Below are positions 62,426 through 64,000 of a DNA stretch of 64,000 bases, piece after piece. The stretch is from the IMG/VR virus record IMGVR_UViG_3300036770_005357. One strand, given 5' to 3'. The notes under the pieces are model-generated. The model was not told the origin of the DNA and searched no databases. It saw nothing but the letters and a program-made list of their open reading frames with translations. Origin of the DNA: a virus. Lineage: Duplodnaviria > Caudoviricetes. Made by a program: the position numbers and the translations under genes. How positions within the stretch are numbered: position 1 is the first letter of the stretch; each line of letters opens with the position of its first letter.

Positions 62426-62462
62426 ATTTGATATTCTCCTTATTATAATACTAATAAATATA

Positions 62463-62780
62463 TCAATAGGGAATAACAATGCCCTTTTTTACAAGTTTCT
62501 CATACCACTCCCTACCCTCCCTAGTAAACCGCCCATCCCACAATAATTCATACTTGCTCTGTAACTCCTCTACCATTGCAGTACCATAACCCTTATGCCT
62601 ATAATCATGCTTTATAAAGATAAACTCTATATAAACTTGCATGTCCAAAAAGTACTCCTTATAGTACTTACAATATCCAACAAATTTATCGTCACCCAAT
62701 AGATTGTCGTAAATGTTACAACAATAATCATATTGAATATCACTAGAGCCAATAAACTTATGCTCAAATGTCAACAACAT
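62463..62780 (-). CDS. GNAT-family acetyltransferase
   Basis: IEFIFI...YRHKGYGTAMV (motif A). Confidence 0.75.
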   Translation of the reverse strand: MLLTFEHKFIGSSDIQYDYCCNIYDNLLGDDKFVGYCKYYKEYFLDMQVYIEFIFIKHDYRHKGYGTAMVEELQSKYELLWDGRFTREGREWYEKLVKKGIVIPY

Positions 62781-62817
62781 ATTTTAACCCGTCAATAGGT
62801 TAAATATAAATATCTAC

Positions 62818-63024
62818 TTATCCACTAATTACACTCTTACCACCATAATCACCCAACTCACTCAAATCACCCTTCACCTTAAGTACCCCACCACCAACCA
62901 TCTGTAACTTGCTATATCCATCCTCCTTAAACGGAAACGCCCATATAACATTATCCACATTAACCATAATGGGTCCACTGCTACTATCATTGTTGATAAT
63001 CTCAAATTTTACAAAATGTGCCAT
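62818..63024 (-). CDS. hypothetical protein
   Basis: 68-aa ORF. Confidence 0.5.
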   Translation of the reverse strand: MAHFVKFEIINNDSSSGPIMVNVDNVIWAFPFKEDGYSKLQMVGGGVLKVKGDLSELGDYGGKSVISG

Positions 63025-63051
63025 AACTTATTTGTCTTTCTATATAAAAAT

Positions 63052-63130
63052 TGGAGCGGTGTCTCGGACTTATTTATTCACCGGCCTTCTCACAGGAATG
63101 TAAGCGTGCTCCTCATGACACTAACACCGC
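63052..63130 (-). tRNA. degenerate tRNA-Gly-like RNA (TCC in a 6-nt loop, 13-nt T-loop)
   Basis: GCGGTGT/ACACCGC acceptor stem, U73, encoded CCA; D-arm identical to the neighbouring copy. Confidence 0.6.
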
Positions 63131-63139
63131 ATCAAAATC

Positions 63140-63213
63140 TGGAGCGGAATCTCGGACTTGCACCGGCCTTGTGAACTGGTAGTCCACCGTGCTCCTCATG
63201 ACACTAATTCCGC
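63140..63213 (-). tRNA. atypical tRNA-Gly(ACC)
   Basis: GCGGAAT/ATTCCGC acceptor stem, GTGT/GCAC D-stem, GTGGA-CTACCAG-TTCAC anticodon arm, T-loop TGCAAGT, U73-CCA. Confidence 0.75.
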
Positions 63214-63532
63214 ATTAAATCTAATAAAATAGGGAGGATTAATGATTACCTCCAAGTTTCTTAACTACGATATGTTATTCGTCCACAATCCATAAAGTTA
63301 ATTACTCTCTATGTTCACGATCGATGGGACTCTTTTACCCACAACAAGCCACGATTTATCATACGATTTTAGCTACGATCTCGTTACGCTCAAACTTAAA
63401 GTTGTACGACTTCAAATTCTCCATAGACTTACATACCATAATTATTACTTCAACCAATATGCCATGTTTTTCAACACAACACACTGTGCGTTATACCCTA
63501 AACGAAGGTATTGTTCCGCCACTATCTTAAAT

Positions 63533-63543
63533 TGTTAAAGAAC
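63533..63543 (-). promoter_or_regulatory. boxA-like antitermination element
   Basis: GTTCTTTAACA on the - strand (compare boxA GCTCTTTAACA), just downstream of tRNA-Leu. Confidence 0.6.
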
Positions 63544-63553
63544 TATCAAAAAA

Positions 63554-63641
63554 TGGTGGGCAAGGTGGGATTTGAACCCACAGCGTTTCTAATGTAAGGG
63601 ATTTTAAGTCCCTCGTGTTTCTCCAGTTTCACCACTTGCCC
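63554..63641 (-). tRNA. trnL: tRNA-Leu(UAA)
   Basis: GGGCAAG/CTTGCCC acceptor stem, AGGGA-CTTAAAA-TCCCT, long variable arm, GTGGG-TTCAAAT-CCCAC, A73-CCA. Confidence 0.95.
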
Positions 63642-63648
63642 ATTTAAA

Positions 63649-63659
63649 TTTTAAAGAAC
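63649..63659 (-). promoter_or_regulatory. boxA-like antitermination element
   Basis: GTTCTTTAAAA immediately upstream of tRNA-Leu. Confidence 0.6.
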
Positions 63660-63668
63660 CGTCACTTA

Positions 63669-64000
63669 CTACTTTCTTATCTTACCACAGGTTTTCTTTT
63701 CGTCAAGCGCTTTAATAAATATCAATTTCTTATTTTCGCCTGTAGGTTTGACAAACTTTTCTTTTAGTTGTTCACCTTTATCCCACTTCATACTCACACT
63801 TTTATGTGAAGGTAATCCAGCGGTTTCACCAATACATTTCCAATTATCAGCTCGATATACAGCGCCATTGTTACCACCAGCAACAAAGGTTATTATATAT
63901 TTCAAATCATCACCATATTTCTTCTTCCATTCAATTGGAGCTAATTTTCTCAACTGTTTAAGAATCATAGTTCCAGCATTTGGAATCTTTCGTTTCAAAC
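63669..64000 (-). CDS. C-terminal part of a Mom/DUF4338-like protein (truncated by window edge)
   Basis: IITFV...NNGAVYRADNWKCIGETAG motif. Confidence 0.55.
   Translation of the reverse strand, partial: LKRKIPNAGTMILKQLRKLAPIEWKKKYGDDLKYIITFVAGGNNGAVYRADNWKCIGETAGLPSHKSVSMKWDKGEQLKEKFVKPTGENKKLIFIKALDEKKTCGKIRK
63679..63706 (-). promoter_or_regulatory. sigma70-type promoter of the tRNA cluster
   Basis: TTGACG-N16-TAAGAT with TGn extension. Confidence 0.65.

Noticed and set aside
63231-63530. tmRNA or RNase P RNA
   Set aside because: No tRNA-Ala-like ends, no tag ending in ALAA-like residues, and no GAGGAAAGUCC core

Overview
AT-rich, gene-dense 64-kb segment that reads as part of a large (jumbo-type) tailed phage genome rather than a cell chromosome. 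1-26.7 kb is almost all + strand: many small hypothetical genes behind sigma70-like TTGAC-N16/18-TAnnnT promoters, five YopX-like paralogs, a SET-domain protein, a 1030-aa secreted CxxCH protein, APS kinase, ThyX, glycosyltransferase-like proteins, a metallophosphoesterase, RNA ligase, ATP-dependent DNA ligase, an FkbM methyltransferase and an inverted glnK-amtB nitrogen cassette. 26.7-64 kb is - strand: a glycosyltransferase/sulfotransferase cluster, then a ~31-kb fibre/adhesin module (a 2764-aa protein with ~165 14-residue repeats, Gly-X-Y Ser/Thr repeats, GNVGIGTTSP repeats, four LamG-like paralogs, a GIY-YIG endonuclease), then a small RNA cluster. That cluster holds a canonical tRNA-Leu(UAA), a boxA-led ~300-nt non-coding interval and two tandem atypical tRNA-Gly-like genes (ACC and a degenerate TCC). 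Best candidates for undescribed systems: (i) the non-canonical tRNA-Gly-like pair and neighbouring non-coding interval, (ii) a phage-encoded glycosylation/sulfation pathway next to Ser/Thr-rich fibres, (iii) a secreted c-type heme protein, (iv) glnK-amtB with its own repeat-bearing upstream region. All family calls come from motifs recognised by eye; no database search was run.
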